The notes under the pieces were generated by a model. That model worked only from the letters and a program-made list of their open reading frames with translations, searched no databases and was not told the DNA's origin. The position numbers and the translations under genes are program-made. A stretch of 64,000 nucleotides of DNA from an uncultured Peptostreptococcaceae bacterium (GTDB lineage: Bacteria; Bacillota; Clostridia; Peptostreptococcales; Peptostreptococcaceae): positions 51,652 to 115,651 of the forward strand of contig CALWPP010000003.1 in NCBI GenBank assembly GCA_944383455.1. The letters run 5' to 3'. Below, piece after piece: positions 39,052-47,419 of this stretch (positions are counted from its first letter, which is position 1; each line of letters begins with the position of its first letter).

Positions 39052-40980
39052 ATGAGTACTTATAATGATTATAAAAGAATGAATATGAGTAATGATATTT
39101 ATATTTTAGGGGTTTTAGCTTATAATAGACAAAATTATCCAAAGATAGGTAAAGATATTGAACCTGTAACAACTACTAATGAGTTTAGGTTTGATAAAGA
39201 GCCTAATATAGCATTTTTTATTGAACCTATAAGTAATGATAGTAAATTTGCAAGAAATTTAAATGAGGATAAGCTTCCAAAAGATATTATTAATGATATT
39301 AAGGATTTATATATAGGATTTGATAATCAACATTTTAACAGTGATATACATCCATTTTGTCAAAGTACTACAGAAAATATTGATTATAAAAATAAGACTG
39401 GTAATGAAAAAAAAGAAATAGTTTATAATACTTTAGGAAATAAAATATTACTATTTAGACCTAATATACAAAAATCTAATAATGGAGAATTAGGGTATAA
39501 TAAAAACTTGAAGTTAGAAGAAATTTTAGATATAGAATACGAAAACGGCACTAAATTTAAAACTATACCCGAAGTTTATGATGAATCATTTGAATATAAA
39601 CTATACTCTAAAAAACCTATCAAACTAATAGGATTTAATCATGAGATGATAGAAAACCCCGAAGCTATAATATTTGATGAACATATTTATTGTTTTAATA
39701 AAAATGAATGGGAAAAAGTAGAAAGTACAGAAAGTGAATGGATTTATGTGGGTAAAAATAACTCTATAAAAAAGAAACCTTTTACTTTAAATGAGTATGA
39801 TGAGAATTTAGTTATTGCAATACTTAAAGATATAGTGTTTATTGAGGATAAATTTTTTTATGAAAAGTTTAAAACTGAAAAAGAAACAAATATAAAAGAA
39901 ATTCATTTTTTAAATAAGCTATTTGATATAACAAACTCAAATGGTCTTAATTATGATTTTAGTGAATTAGTTAATTTACATATAAGTATAAAAACAAACC
40001 CACTAACTATAATTTCTGGTATGAGTGGAACTGGAAAAAGTCAACTCGCTATTTCTTATATAAAGAGTATTGGTTGTTTTAATGAAAATTCTACATTTTT
40101 ATTTTTACCAATATCACCATCATACATAGAGCCAAGAGATATTTTGGGTTATTTTGATTCAAAAACTAATACATATATACCTTCTGAAACTGGTTTTGTT
40201 GACTTACTTATAAATTCGAGTAAAAATCCGAATAAGCTTCATTTTGTTATTTTTGATGAGATGAATTTATCTCAAGTTGAGTATTGGTTTGCACCTTTTA
40301 TATCACTTCTTGAATTAAAAGAAAATAGAGCTTTAAGACTTTATAGTAAAAATATAAAATGTAATAATGGTGATATTTATCCAAGTGAAATAATTATAGG
40401 TGATAATATCAGATTTATAGGTACTGTTAACTTAGATGAAACTACAAAGGAATTTTCTGATAGAGTTTTAGACAGAGCTAATTTAGTGACTATTAGAAGA
40501 AAAAGTTTAAGAGATTTTATAAACTATAAAAAAGAGTATGGAGTAAATACATTTATAAATAACGAAATTTATACCACTTTAAACTATAAAGAGTGGATAA
40601 ATAATGACTATTTTTTATTAAATGATTATGAAATTGAATTTTTAGATAAACTTAATGACTTACTAGAAAAATATGATATTAATAAAGGTGTATCATTAAG
40701 AACTTGTGATAAGATAGAAAGTTATATAAAAAACATACCTATCGATGAAAATCAAGAACTATTAATATCAAGAGGTGAAGCTTTTGATATACAAGTAAAA
40801 CAAAGAATATTAACCAAACTAAGAGGAAGTAACACTCAACTTCAAGATATAATAAACAATATAAACTCTCCATTAATAAATTTATTTGATGAGTATAGTA
40901 TGATTAGTGATTTTTCTATTTGTAAAGATGAGATTTCTAAAAAATTAAAGGAGTTAAACCTATATGGTTACACAGTTTAA
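39052..40980 (+). CDS. McrB-family AAA+ NTPase with an uncharacterised N-terminal domain (island gene D)
   Basis: Walker A 'GMSGTGKS' (40018..40041), Walker B 'VIFDEMNLSQVEYWFAPFISLLE' and 'FIGTVNLDETT..FSDRVLDRANLV' fit the COG1401/McrB pattern. GGAGGG RBS precedes ATG 39052. Confidence 0.8.
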   Translation: MSTYNDYKRMNMSNDIYILGVLAYNRQNYPKIGKDIEPVTTTNEFRFDKEPNIAFFIEPISNDSKFARNLNEDKLPKDIINDIKDLYIGFDNQHFNSDIHPFCQSTTENIDYKNKTGNEKKEIVYNTLGNKILLFRPNIQKSNNGELGYNKNLKLEEILDIEYENGTKFKTIPEVYDESFEYKLYSKKPIKLIGFNHEMIENPEAIIFDEHIYCFNKNEWEKVESTESEWIYVGKNNSIKKKPFTLNEYDENLVIAILKDIVFIEDKFFYEKFKTEKETNIKEIHFLNKLFDITNSNGLNYDFSELVNLHISIKTNPLTIISGMSGTGKSQLAISYIKSIGCFNENSTFLFLPISPSYIEPRDILGYFDSKTNTYIPSETGFVDLLINSSKNPNKLHFVIFDEMNLSQVEYWFAPFISLLELKENRALRLYSKNIKCNNGDIYPSEIIIGDNIRFIGTVNLDETTKEFSDRVLDRANLVTIRRKSLRDFINYKKEYGVNTFINNEIYTTLNYKEWINNDYFLLNDYEIEFLDKLNDLLEKYDINKGVSLRTCDKIESYIKNIPIDENQELLISRGEAFDIQVKQRILTKLRGSNTQLQDIINNINSPLINLFDEYSMISDFSICKDEISKKLKELNLYGYTV

Positions 40981-42403
40981 TTCAAATGAACTAAAAAAAT
41001 ACTTAGTTGAATCTAGTCCGTACCTAATAATTGAAAGAAAGAATTATCCTATAAACTCAATAATAAAAAAACAAAAAATAATACTAGATAATTTAAGTCA
41101 TCACGAAGTACTTTTTAAAATAGGAGAATTTGAGAAAGTAGATATAGTTTTTGTTCCTAACGAAAAAAATGATATATTAGAAATAGAATGTTACAATGAA
41201 CAATATGAAAATGATGATACAATAAAAATTATAAAAAATAAAGAAAGAATAAATATATCTCCTGGTGGAGACTCATTAGTTCCTGGAAAATATTTAATAA
41301 AATTAAAAAGAAAACAAAAAATATATGAACTATTATATGAAATAATATCTAGCAATACAAAAACTGATAATACAAAAATTATGAGAGAGTATATTGATAG
41401 ACACTTTGAAAACTTATCGAAAAATAAAAATAGTAAGGTTTTAGTTACAGATAAAAAATGTTTATCTCCAATAATTTCAAATATAATAAATAATCCTATA
41501 ACGAATATTTCAAAAGATAGATTTAACAAAAAAATAATAACAACAGATAATATTGAAAATAAAAATTTAAAAACTATACTTATATCATTAAAAAACTCAA
41601 ATGAATATAAAGATAATTATTTTGATTTTTTTTTAGAACAAACTTGGTTAAAAGATATTAAAGCATCAAAAATAATAAAACCTACTATTAGATTTATAAA
41701 GGATATAAATTATGGAAAAATATATGAAGAATATAATATATCTTCAAAAGATAAAAAATTACCATATAAAAAGAATTCATCATTATTTGAGATATATTCT
41801 TTTTTAATAATAAAAGAAGCTATTGAAAGTATAGGATTTAAATGGGTTAGTGGATGGTTAAAAGATAGTGATAATTTATCTGACATAAAAAAAGGTGAAT
41901 TATTAGTATTTAAAAAGGAAAACAAAAAAATAAAACTTTTTTTTGAGAAAAGTCTTTTAATATCTAATGACTTAGTTTTAAAAAAAGATGAAACATCACA
42001 AGTATCTTCACCTATTGATATAAAATGTAAAACTCCAGATATATTGATAGAATTTTATAAAAATGATAATTTTATAGACTCTATGATTGTAGAAGTGAAA
42101 TATAGAAAACAAATATACATTGATAAACTTTACCAAGATATGAGCAATCAACTTTTATCCTATAGAAGAATGGATTTTTATGATAGTAAAGTTAAAAAAG
42201 TTATTGACAAAAAAGCCGTAAAAAAAATACTACTTATATATCCAATGCAAGAATCTGAAAAAGAAGAACATAGAATATATGAAGATATTATGTTTTTGCC
42301 AATAGACTTTAAAAACCCAATAGAAGATATATTAATAGAAATAAAATATTTATTAAATGAAATAGATACAATAAATGATTTATTTGTGGCATCAACAGTA
42401 TAA
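40964..42403 (+). CDS. McrC-like PD-(D/E)xK nuclease subunit (island gene E)
   Basis: 17-nt overlap with the NTPase gene and an AAGGAG RBS. C-terminal 'TPD(359)ILIE...MIVE(377)VK(379)YRK' is a PD-ExK motif placed as in McrC. Confidence 0.7.
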   Translation: MVTQFNSNELKKYLVESSPYLIIERKNYPINSIIKKQKIILDNLSHHEVLFKIGEFEKVDIVFVPNEKNDILEIECYNEQYENDDTIKIIKNKERINISPGGDSLVPGKYLIKLKRKQKIYELLYEIISSNTKTDNTKIMREYIDRHFENLSKNKNSKVLVTDKKCLSPIISNIINNPITNISKDRFNKKIITTDNIENKNLKTILISLKNSNEYKDNYFDFFLEQTWLKDIKASKIIKPTIRFIKDINYGKIYEEYNISSKDKKLPYKKNSSLFEIYSFLIIKEAIESIGFKWVSGWLKDSDNLSDIKKGELLVFKKENKKIKLFFEKSLLISNDLVLKKDETSQVSSPIDIKCKTPDILIEFYKNDNFIDSMIVEVKYRKQIYIDKLYQDMSNQLLSYRRMDFYDSKVKKVIDKKAVKKILLIYPMQESEKEEHRIYEDIMFLPIDFKNPIEDILIEIKYLLNEIDTINDLFVASTV

Positions 42404-42436
42404 AATAAGACTTGCCTAATTGGTAAGTCTTATTTT
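42404..42436. terminator. Bidirectional hairpin between island gene E and lexA
   Basis: AATAAGACTTGCC / GGTAAGTCTTATT stem (one G-T pair) with loop TAATT and a T-run after it. Confidence 0.7.
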
Positions 42437-43029
42437 ATACTTCTAAAAACTCCAACTACAACACCAATTACTTTAACTTCTGATTTTTTTAATATAATAG
42501 GTTTTAAATAATCATTTTCTGGCTTAAGAATTATATTATCATCTTTAATAAAAAATCTTTTGATTGTAGAAAATTCATCATTAATAAGAGATGCTACTAT
42601 ATCTCCATTAAAGCAAGTACTTTGCTTTTTTATAACAACATAATCACCATCTAAAATACCAGCATTTATCATACTATCTCCATTTACTTTTAATAAAAAG
42701 TTTTCACTACTTTTTCCAAACCTTTTAGGAAGTGGAATATAATCTGTTATATTTTCATCTGCTAAAATAGGTTCTCCAGCAGTTATTTGACCAACAACTG
42801 GTAAATGTAAAATCTCCTCTATACTATTATTAATAATTTCTATTGCACGAGTCTTTGAAGATGTTCTTTTTATAAAACCCATATCTTCAAGTTTATTTAA
42901 GTGTGTATGAACTGTAGATGTTGATTTTATATTTGTTGCTAAGCATATTTCTCTAACAGATGGTGGATATCCTTTTTCTCTTATTTCATCTTTTATAAAA
43001 TTAAGAATCTTTTTTTGTTTTTCATTCAT
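42430..43029 (-). CDS. lexA: LexA repressor
   Basis: N-terminal wHTH 'GYPPSVREICLATNIKSTSTVHTHLNKLEDMGFI', cleavage region 'VGQITAGEP' and Ser/Lys dyad 'NGDSMINAGI' / 'VVIKKQ'. Confidence 0.93.
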   Translation of the reverse strand: MNEKQKKILNFIKDEIREKGYPPSVREICLATNIKSTSTVHTHLNKLEDMGFIKRTSSKTRAIEIINNSIEEILHLPVVGQITAGEPILADENITDYIPLPKRFGKSSENFLLKVNGDSMINAGILDGDYVVIKKQSTCFNGDIVASLINDEFSTIKRFFIKDDNIILKPENDYLKPIILKKSEVKVIGVVVGVFRSIK

Positions 43030-43089
43030 AAAAAATTCCTTTCAATTATTATATATAATTTTATTTTATCATATACAATATTTTATCAC

Positions 43090-43101
43090 AAACATTTGTT
43101 C
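43090..43101 (-). promoter_or_regulatory. LexA (Cheo-type) box GAACAAATGTTT
   Basis: The minus strand reads GAAC-AAAT-GTTT, 61-72 nt upstream of the lexA ATG. It fits the GAAC-N4-GTT(C/T) operator of Gram-positive LexA. Confidence 0.65.
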
Positions 43102-43103
43102 TA

Positions 43104-44189
43104 TTATTCTATCCATTCAAATTTATCTACAATACTTCTTTTTACATCCTTTTTATGTGCTGCATAAAGTTGAGTAGTAGTAACATTATCATGGTCTAGT
43201 AGATTTTGTACGTCATAAATTGAAAATCCATTTTGAATAAGACTTGTAGCAACTGTTGCCCTTAGTTTATGAGGACTATATCCTTTTTTTCTAGAAGTAT
43301 TAAGTGGTATAGATGTATATTTTTTTACAAGTTCTCTTATAGCACGATTAGTTAATCTTTTATTTTGAAGTGATAAAAATAAAGCATCTTTATATTCTTC
43401 ATCTAAGTTATCACTCTTTATTCGTTCATTTTCTAAATAATCTTTAATAACTTTTTTACAAGTTTCATTTATAGGCATTAAAACTTCTTTACCACGTTTT
43501 CTATATATTTTAAATTCTCCTCTACTGAAATTAAATGATGAAATGTTAAGTTCAGAAAGCTCACTAAGTCTTAATCCATATGTAACAAAAATAGCTAATA
43601 TTGCTTTATCACGTAACTTAGTTTTTCTCCAGTATTCTTTTTCTTTATCAGTCAGTCCATATCCAGTTTCAACAGCATTTAGCATCTCATTTACCTCATC
43701 TATTTCAAGTCTTTTTATTGAATCGGGTTGCTTTTTTTGTATTTTTATAGGGTTAAGTCCTGAAGATATGTTATTTTTTACTTGTTCGTTTCTGTATAAA
43801 AATTTAAAAAGAGTAGATAAAGAAGATTTTTTTCTTGCTAATGTTTGATTGCTATTTTCAAGTAAAATTGTATTATTTTTAACTTTTTTATAATACATAG
43901 TACAAAAATCTCCCAAAAATAAATTAATATCACGAGCTTTTATATTATCAAAATCTTCAAGTGTTATATCTTTTATATTATTTGCATCACTTAAATAAGC
44001 TTCTTCAATCATATAATAGCAAAAAAACTTTATATCTTGTAAATACTCAAGTCTTGTGGATGTTGCAACTGATGTTTTTAAAAATATAAAATACTCTCTC
44101 ATAAATTTTGGAAGTGATTTTTCTATTTCCATACATTTTTGTTTCATTTCTTGTTCTTTTATGATTATATTTTTTGGTTTATCTTTCAT
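43104..44189 (-). CDS. Tyrosine recombinase (XerC/XerD / phage-integrase family)
   Basis: SAM-like N-terminal domain. Catalytic 'GLRLSEL' (R), 'HKLRAT' (HxxR) and 'LLDHDNVTTTQLYAH' (H...Y). Confidence 0.85.
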   Translation of the reverse strand: MKDKPKNIIIKEQEMKQKCMEIEKSLPKFMREYFIFLKTSVATSTRLEYLQDIKFFCYYMIEEAYLSDANNIKDITLEDFDNIKARDINLFLGDFCTMYYKKVKNNTILLENSNQTLARKKSSLSTLFKFLYRNEQVKNNISSGLNPIKIQKKQPDSIKRLEIDEVNEMLNAVETGYGLTDKEKEYWRKTKLRDKAILAIFVTYGLRLSELSELNISSFNFSRGEFKIYRKRGKEVLMPINETCKKVIKDYLENERIKSDNLDEEYKDALFLSLQNKRLTNRAIRELVKKYTSIPLNTSRKKGYSPHKLRATVATSLIQNGFSIYDVQNLLDHDNVTTTQLYAAHKKDVKRSIVDKFEWIE

Positions 44190-44277
44190 AAATATCCTCC
44201 ACGTTATTTCATTTTAAATAAAGAATTATTTATTTTATCGTATTATTAGTAGTATAACATATCAAAGGAGCTTAAAT

Positions 44278-45201
44278 ATGGGAAATATTAAATTAGATAA
44301 TGAAGAAGTGTTTTTTGAAGATGGATATTTTTTAGGTCAAAAAAATCAAGAAATATATTATAGACAATATGAAGTAAAAAATAGTGAAAAAGTAGTAGTT
44401 ATTAGTCACGGATTTTGTGAAGCATCTGAAAAGTATGTTGATTTTATAAATGATTTAAATAAAAATAATATATCTGTGTATATATTTGACCATAGAGGAC
44501 ATGGTTATTCTGGAAGGTTGGGTATTGATAATTATCAAATTTATGTTAATGACTATAATGACTATATAAAAGATTTAAAGGAATTTTTAGATAGCGTTGT
44601 TATTCATAATCTAAGTGGAAGAAGACTTTTTCTATTTGGTCATTCGATGGGTGGTGCTATATCAACTTCATTTTTACAAGATTATAATAATTATTTTGAA
44701 AAGGCTATTTTAAGTTGTCCAATGCTAGAAATCGATACAGGAAAATATCCATTATCTTTATCTAAAATAATAGCCAATTTGTTTTGTATTATTAAAAAAG
44801 ATAAATCATACGTTTTTGGTCACGGTCCTTTTGATAAAGATAAATGCCTTATTGAATCTTCTGGTACTAGTTGCGAAAAGCTATTTAATAATTACCTAAA
44901 TAAAATGATTAACGACGATAATTTAAAAACTTCTGGAGCATCATTTAAGTGGTTAAAGGAGGCTTTTAGATTAACTGATAAAGTAAATAAAATAGAAAAT
45001 ATTAAAAAAATAGAAATACCAGTTATTTTATTTCAAGCAGGTAAAGACACATTTGTTAAACCTAATAAACAAAATATATTTGTAAAGAATATGAAAAATT
45101 GCAAATTAATAAGAAAAGAAAATTCAAAACACGAGATATACTTTGAAAGAGAAGAAATAAGAAAAGATTATTTAAATGATGTTTTAGAATTTTTTAAATA
45201 A
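44278..45201 (+). CDS. Alpha/beta hydrolase (lysophospholipase / monoacylglycerol-lipase-like)
   Basis: 'VISHGFCE' oxyanion region, nucleophile elbow 'GHSMGG' and a C-terminal 'SKHEI' His. Confidence 0.8.
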   Translation: MGNIKLDNEEVFFEDGYFLGQKNQEIYYRQYEVKNSEKVVVISHGFCEASEKYVDFINDLNKNNISVYIFDHRGHGYSGRLGIDNYQIYVNDYNDYIKDLKEFLDSVVIHNLSGRRLFLFGHSMGGAISTSFLQDYNNYFEKAILSCPMLEIDTGKYPLSLSKIIANLFCIIKKDKSYVFGHGPFDKDKCLIESSGTSCEKLFNNYLNKMINDDNLKTSGASFKWLKEAFRLTDKVNKIENIKKIEIPVILFQAGKDTFVKPNKQNIFVKNMKNCKLIRKENSKHEIYFEREEIRKDYLNDVLEFFK

Positions 45202-45206
45202 TAGAA

Positions 45207-45232
45207 ATAGCTGTCAAATATTTGACAGCTAT
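45207..45232. terminator. Perfect 26-nt palindromic hairpin between convergent genes
   Basis: ATAGCTGTCAAATATTTGACAGCTAT with an A-run on the plus side (a T-run for the minus-strand gene). Confidence 0.65.
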
Positions 45233-45549
45233 TAAAAAAAACTATCTTTTTTATTAGTAGAGAATAATCCAAAAACTACTATAAATATATACAAAATATA
45301 AAGAGTTATTTTTATTGTCTGAATTTCAATTCCAAATATTTCTGTACTAGATGTTGGTAACATAAGTAAAGCTGATGAAATTATTATAAGTAATGGATTT
45401 ATTATTATTTGTTTATCAGTTCTAAGTATCATTATTCTTCCAGCCCATACAAAAGATAGTATAAAAAATAAAAGCCTGAGGCTTGGCTCTAATATATCAA
45501 GCATAAAACATTCTCCCAAACTCAGTGGATTTAATATGATTATATCCAC
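45232..45549 (-). CDS. Small hydrophobic membrane protein (hypothetical)
   Basis: Three predicted TM segments. The start is uncertain (internal Met 'MLDILEP'). No motif. Confidence 0.35.
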   Translation of the reverse strand: MDIIILNPLSLGECFMLDILEPSLRLLFFILSFVWAGRIMILRTDKQIIINPLLIIISSALLMLPTSSTEIFGIEIQTIKITLYILYIFIVVFGLFSTNKKDSFF

Positions 45550-45671
45550 AAAAAAGTAATATAATCACATACATTATATTACTTTTTTGTATAAAAATAA
45601 AGTTAATGGAATTATTTTTAAAAATTATGTTCATAATACTTATTGAATAATCAAAGAAAAGAGGATAAATT

Positions 45672-45842
45672 ATGAATAGTAGAATTAATGAAAATAATGA
45701 TAAACTTTTAAATGAAATTTTTGAAGCTGTAAAATTAAACAATAAAGAAAGTGCAATTAATCTGACTCGAGAACTTATAAAAAACCAAACAGACCAAAAT
45801 AGAATAAAATCTTTAGAAAAACTTATACTGTCTCTTAGTTAA
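45672..45842 (+). CDS. Small helical hypothetical protein (56 aa), absent from the ORF track
   Basis: AAGAGGA RBS 7 nt before the ATG. Sequence: MNSRINENNDKLLNEIFEAVKLNNKESAINLTRELIKNQTDQNRIKSLEKLILSLS. It competes with a low-complexity antisense ORF at 45497..45742. Confidence 0.4.
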   Translation: MNSRINENNDKLLNEIFEAVKLNNKESAINLTRELIKNQTDQNRIKSLEKLILSLS

Positions 45843-45925
45843 ATCTACATAATGTAATAATATCCTTTTAAAAAACATAAAATTATGTATAATAAGGACA
45901 TAGAGTTTTTTAGGAGGGTATTTTA

Positions 45926-46333
45926 TTGAATATTAAATTTTTGAATTGGTATACACAAGCTATTGGAGCTACAATAGGTATAATTATATGTGCATATTCT
46001 TATCTTAATGGAGCGTTATATTCATTTGGAAATATTGAAAACAATTTAAATAATATAAATTTAAGCTCTGCTATGGCAAGTTACTTATTATTACCCTTTT
46101 GTATATTATCTCTTTTATTTTCTATATTAAAAAATTTTGATTTTTATAATGAAAGTACTATATTAGAATCTTTAAATACATTTATTGTAATATTTACATT
46201 AGTTGTAGGATTTATAGGAACTTATTTTTTATTTTTAATACCAAGTACTTTTTTCATATTTTCAACATACTTAACATACAAAAGAGATGATGAAAATGAA
46301 GATATAGAGATGAGTTTAAATGAAAATTTTTAA
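45926..46333 (+). CDS. Hypothetical membrane protein
   Basis: AGGAGGG RBS and a TTG start. Four TM segments and an acidic C-terminal tail. Confidence 0.5.
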   Translation: MNIKFLNWYTQAIGATIGIIICAYSYLNGALYSFGNIENNLNNINLSSAMASYLLLPFCILSLLFSILKNFDFYNESTILESLNTFIVIFTLVVGFIGTYFLFLIPSTFFIFSTYLTYKRDDENEDIEMSLNENF

Positions 46334-46356
46334 GAACCATTATAGGTTCTTTTTTA
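46332..46356 (+). terminator. Intrinsic terminator
   Basis: AAGAACC-ATTATA-GGTTCTT followed by TTTT. Confidence 0.75.
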
Positions 46357-46512
46357 TTTTAAAAGGAATTTTATACGTAATAGTAGAATATTAACTATTG
46401 ATTTGACACAATAAATTGGGGTGGAATTTTTAATAATTAATATTCATATATTTAATATAAACTAGACATCTTGATTTATAAATTATTGAAACAAAAGGGG
46501 TTTTGTGATAAT

Positions 46513-47397
46513 ATGAATACTAAAAAAGAAGTTAATAATGATATATATTTTTATGGTGAATTATATAGTGGTTCTAATGCTATGAAAATGTACTTAAAAG
46601 AAATAGAAAAATATAAAGTATTAACTGCTACTGAGGAAAAAGCTCTTGGAAAAGAAATTCTACAATGCAATAATGAAGCTAAAGAAACTTTTATAAATTC
46701 AAACTATAGATTAGTAGTTAGCATTGCAAAAAAATATAAAAAAGAAAATGTTGAAATTCTTGATTTAATACAAGCTGGTAATATAGGTCTTATAAAGGCT
46801 GTTGAAAAATATGATTATAAAAAAGGATACAAATTTAGTACTTATGCTACTTGGTGGATAAAACAAAGTATAACTAGATATTTAGATGATTGTGAGAGTA
46901 TAATTAGAATACCAGTTCACCTTAACCAAAAAATAAATCTTATAAAACGAAAAAAATATGAGCTTTCAAATAAATTACAAAGAGAGCCTAATATATATGA
47001 ATTATCTGTTGCTTGTCGTATAGATGTTGATAAAATATTATATATTCTAGAAAAAGATAAAAATGTTATCTCGTTAGATACTCCTATAAAAGATGATGAG
47101 GATAGTAGTTTAGTTGAATTTATACCTTCTGATTCTAGTTTTACAGATATTGTAAGTAAAGAAATTGAACAAATAAATTTAAGAGAAAAAATAGAGCAAG
47201 TATTAAAAGAACTTAACAATCAAGAACAAAAAGTGCTTAGAATGAGATTTGGGCTCGATGATAACAAACCAAAAACATTAGAAGAAATAGGTAAGATATT
47301 TGGTGTTACAAGGGAGAGAATAAGACAAATTGAATCTAAAGCAATAAGAAAACTAAGACATCCAAGTAGAATAAAACAATTAAAAAGTTTTTATTAA
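46513..47397 (+). CDS. RpoD-like sigma-70 family sigma factor lacking region 1.1 (secondary principal-type sigma)
   Basis: Region 2 '[39 protein letters not shown]' and region 4.2 '[32 protein letters not shown]'. Only about 294 aa. The start is uncertain (46471 TTG or 46513 ATG). Confidence 0.8.
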   Translation: MNTKKEVNNDIYFYGELYSGSNAMKMYLKEIEKYKVLTATEEKALGKEILQCNNEAKETFINSNYRLVVSIAKKYKKENVEILDLIQAGNIGLIKAVEKYDYKKGYKFSTYATWWIKQSITRYLDDCESIIRIPVHLNQKINLIKRKKYELSNKLQREPNIYELSVACRIDVDKILYILEKDKNVISLDTPIKDDEDSSLVEFIPSDSSFTDIVSKEIEQINLREKIEQVLKELNNQEQKVLRMRFGLDDNKPKTLEEIGKIFGVTRERIRQIESKAIRKLRHPSRIKQLKSFY

Positions 47398-47419
47398 AGC
47401 AAGGTAAAATTACCTTGTT

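Noticed and set aside
43104-44189. The tyrosine recombinase as the integrase of a mobile element carrying the McrBC-like block.
   Set aside because: It is separated from the block by lexA and transcribed away from it. No tRNA, long direct repeats, excisionase or phage/conjugation genes are visible. I therefore do not call a mobile element. The 9-nt repeat around the block is reported only as weak evidence.
45497-45742. 81-aa minus-strand ORF upstream of the small membrane protein gene.
   Set aside because: It is low complexity with no RBS, and sits in a different frame from, and overlaps, the neighbouring ORF. A better-supported plus-strand small ORF occupies the same DNA.
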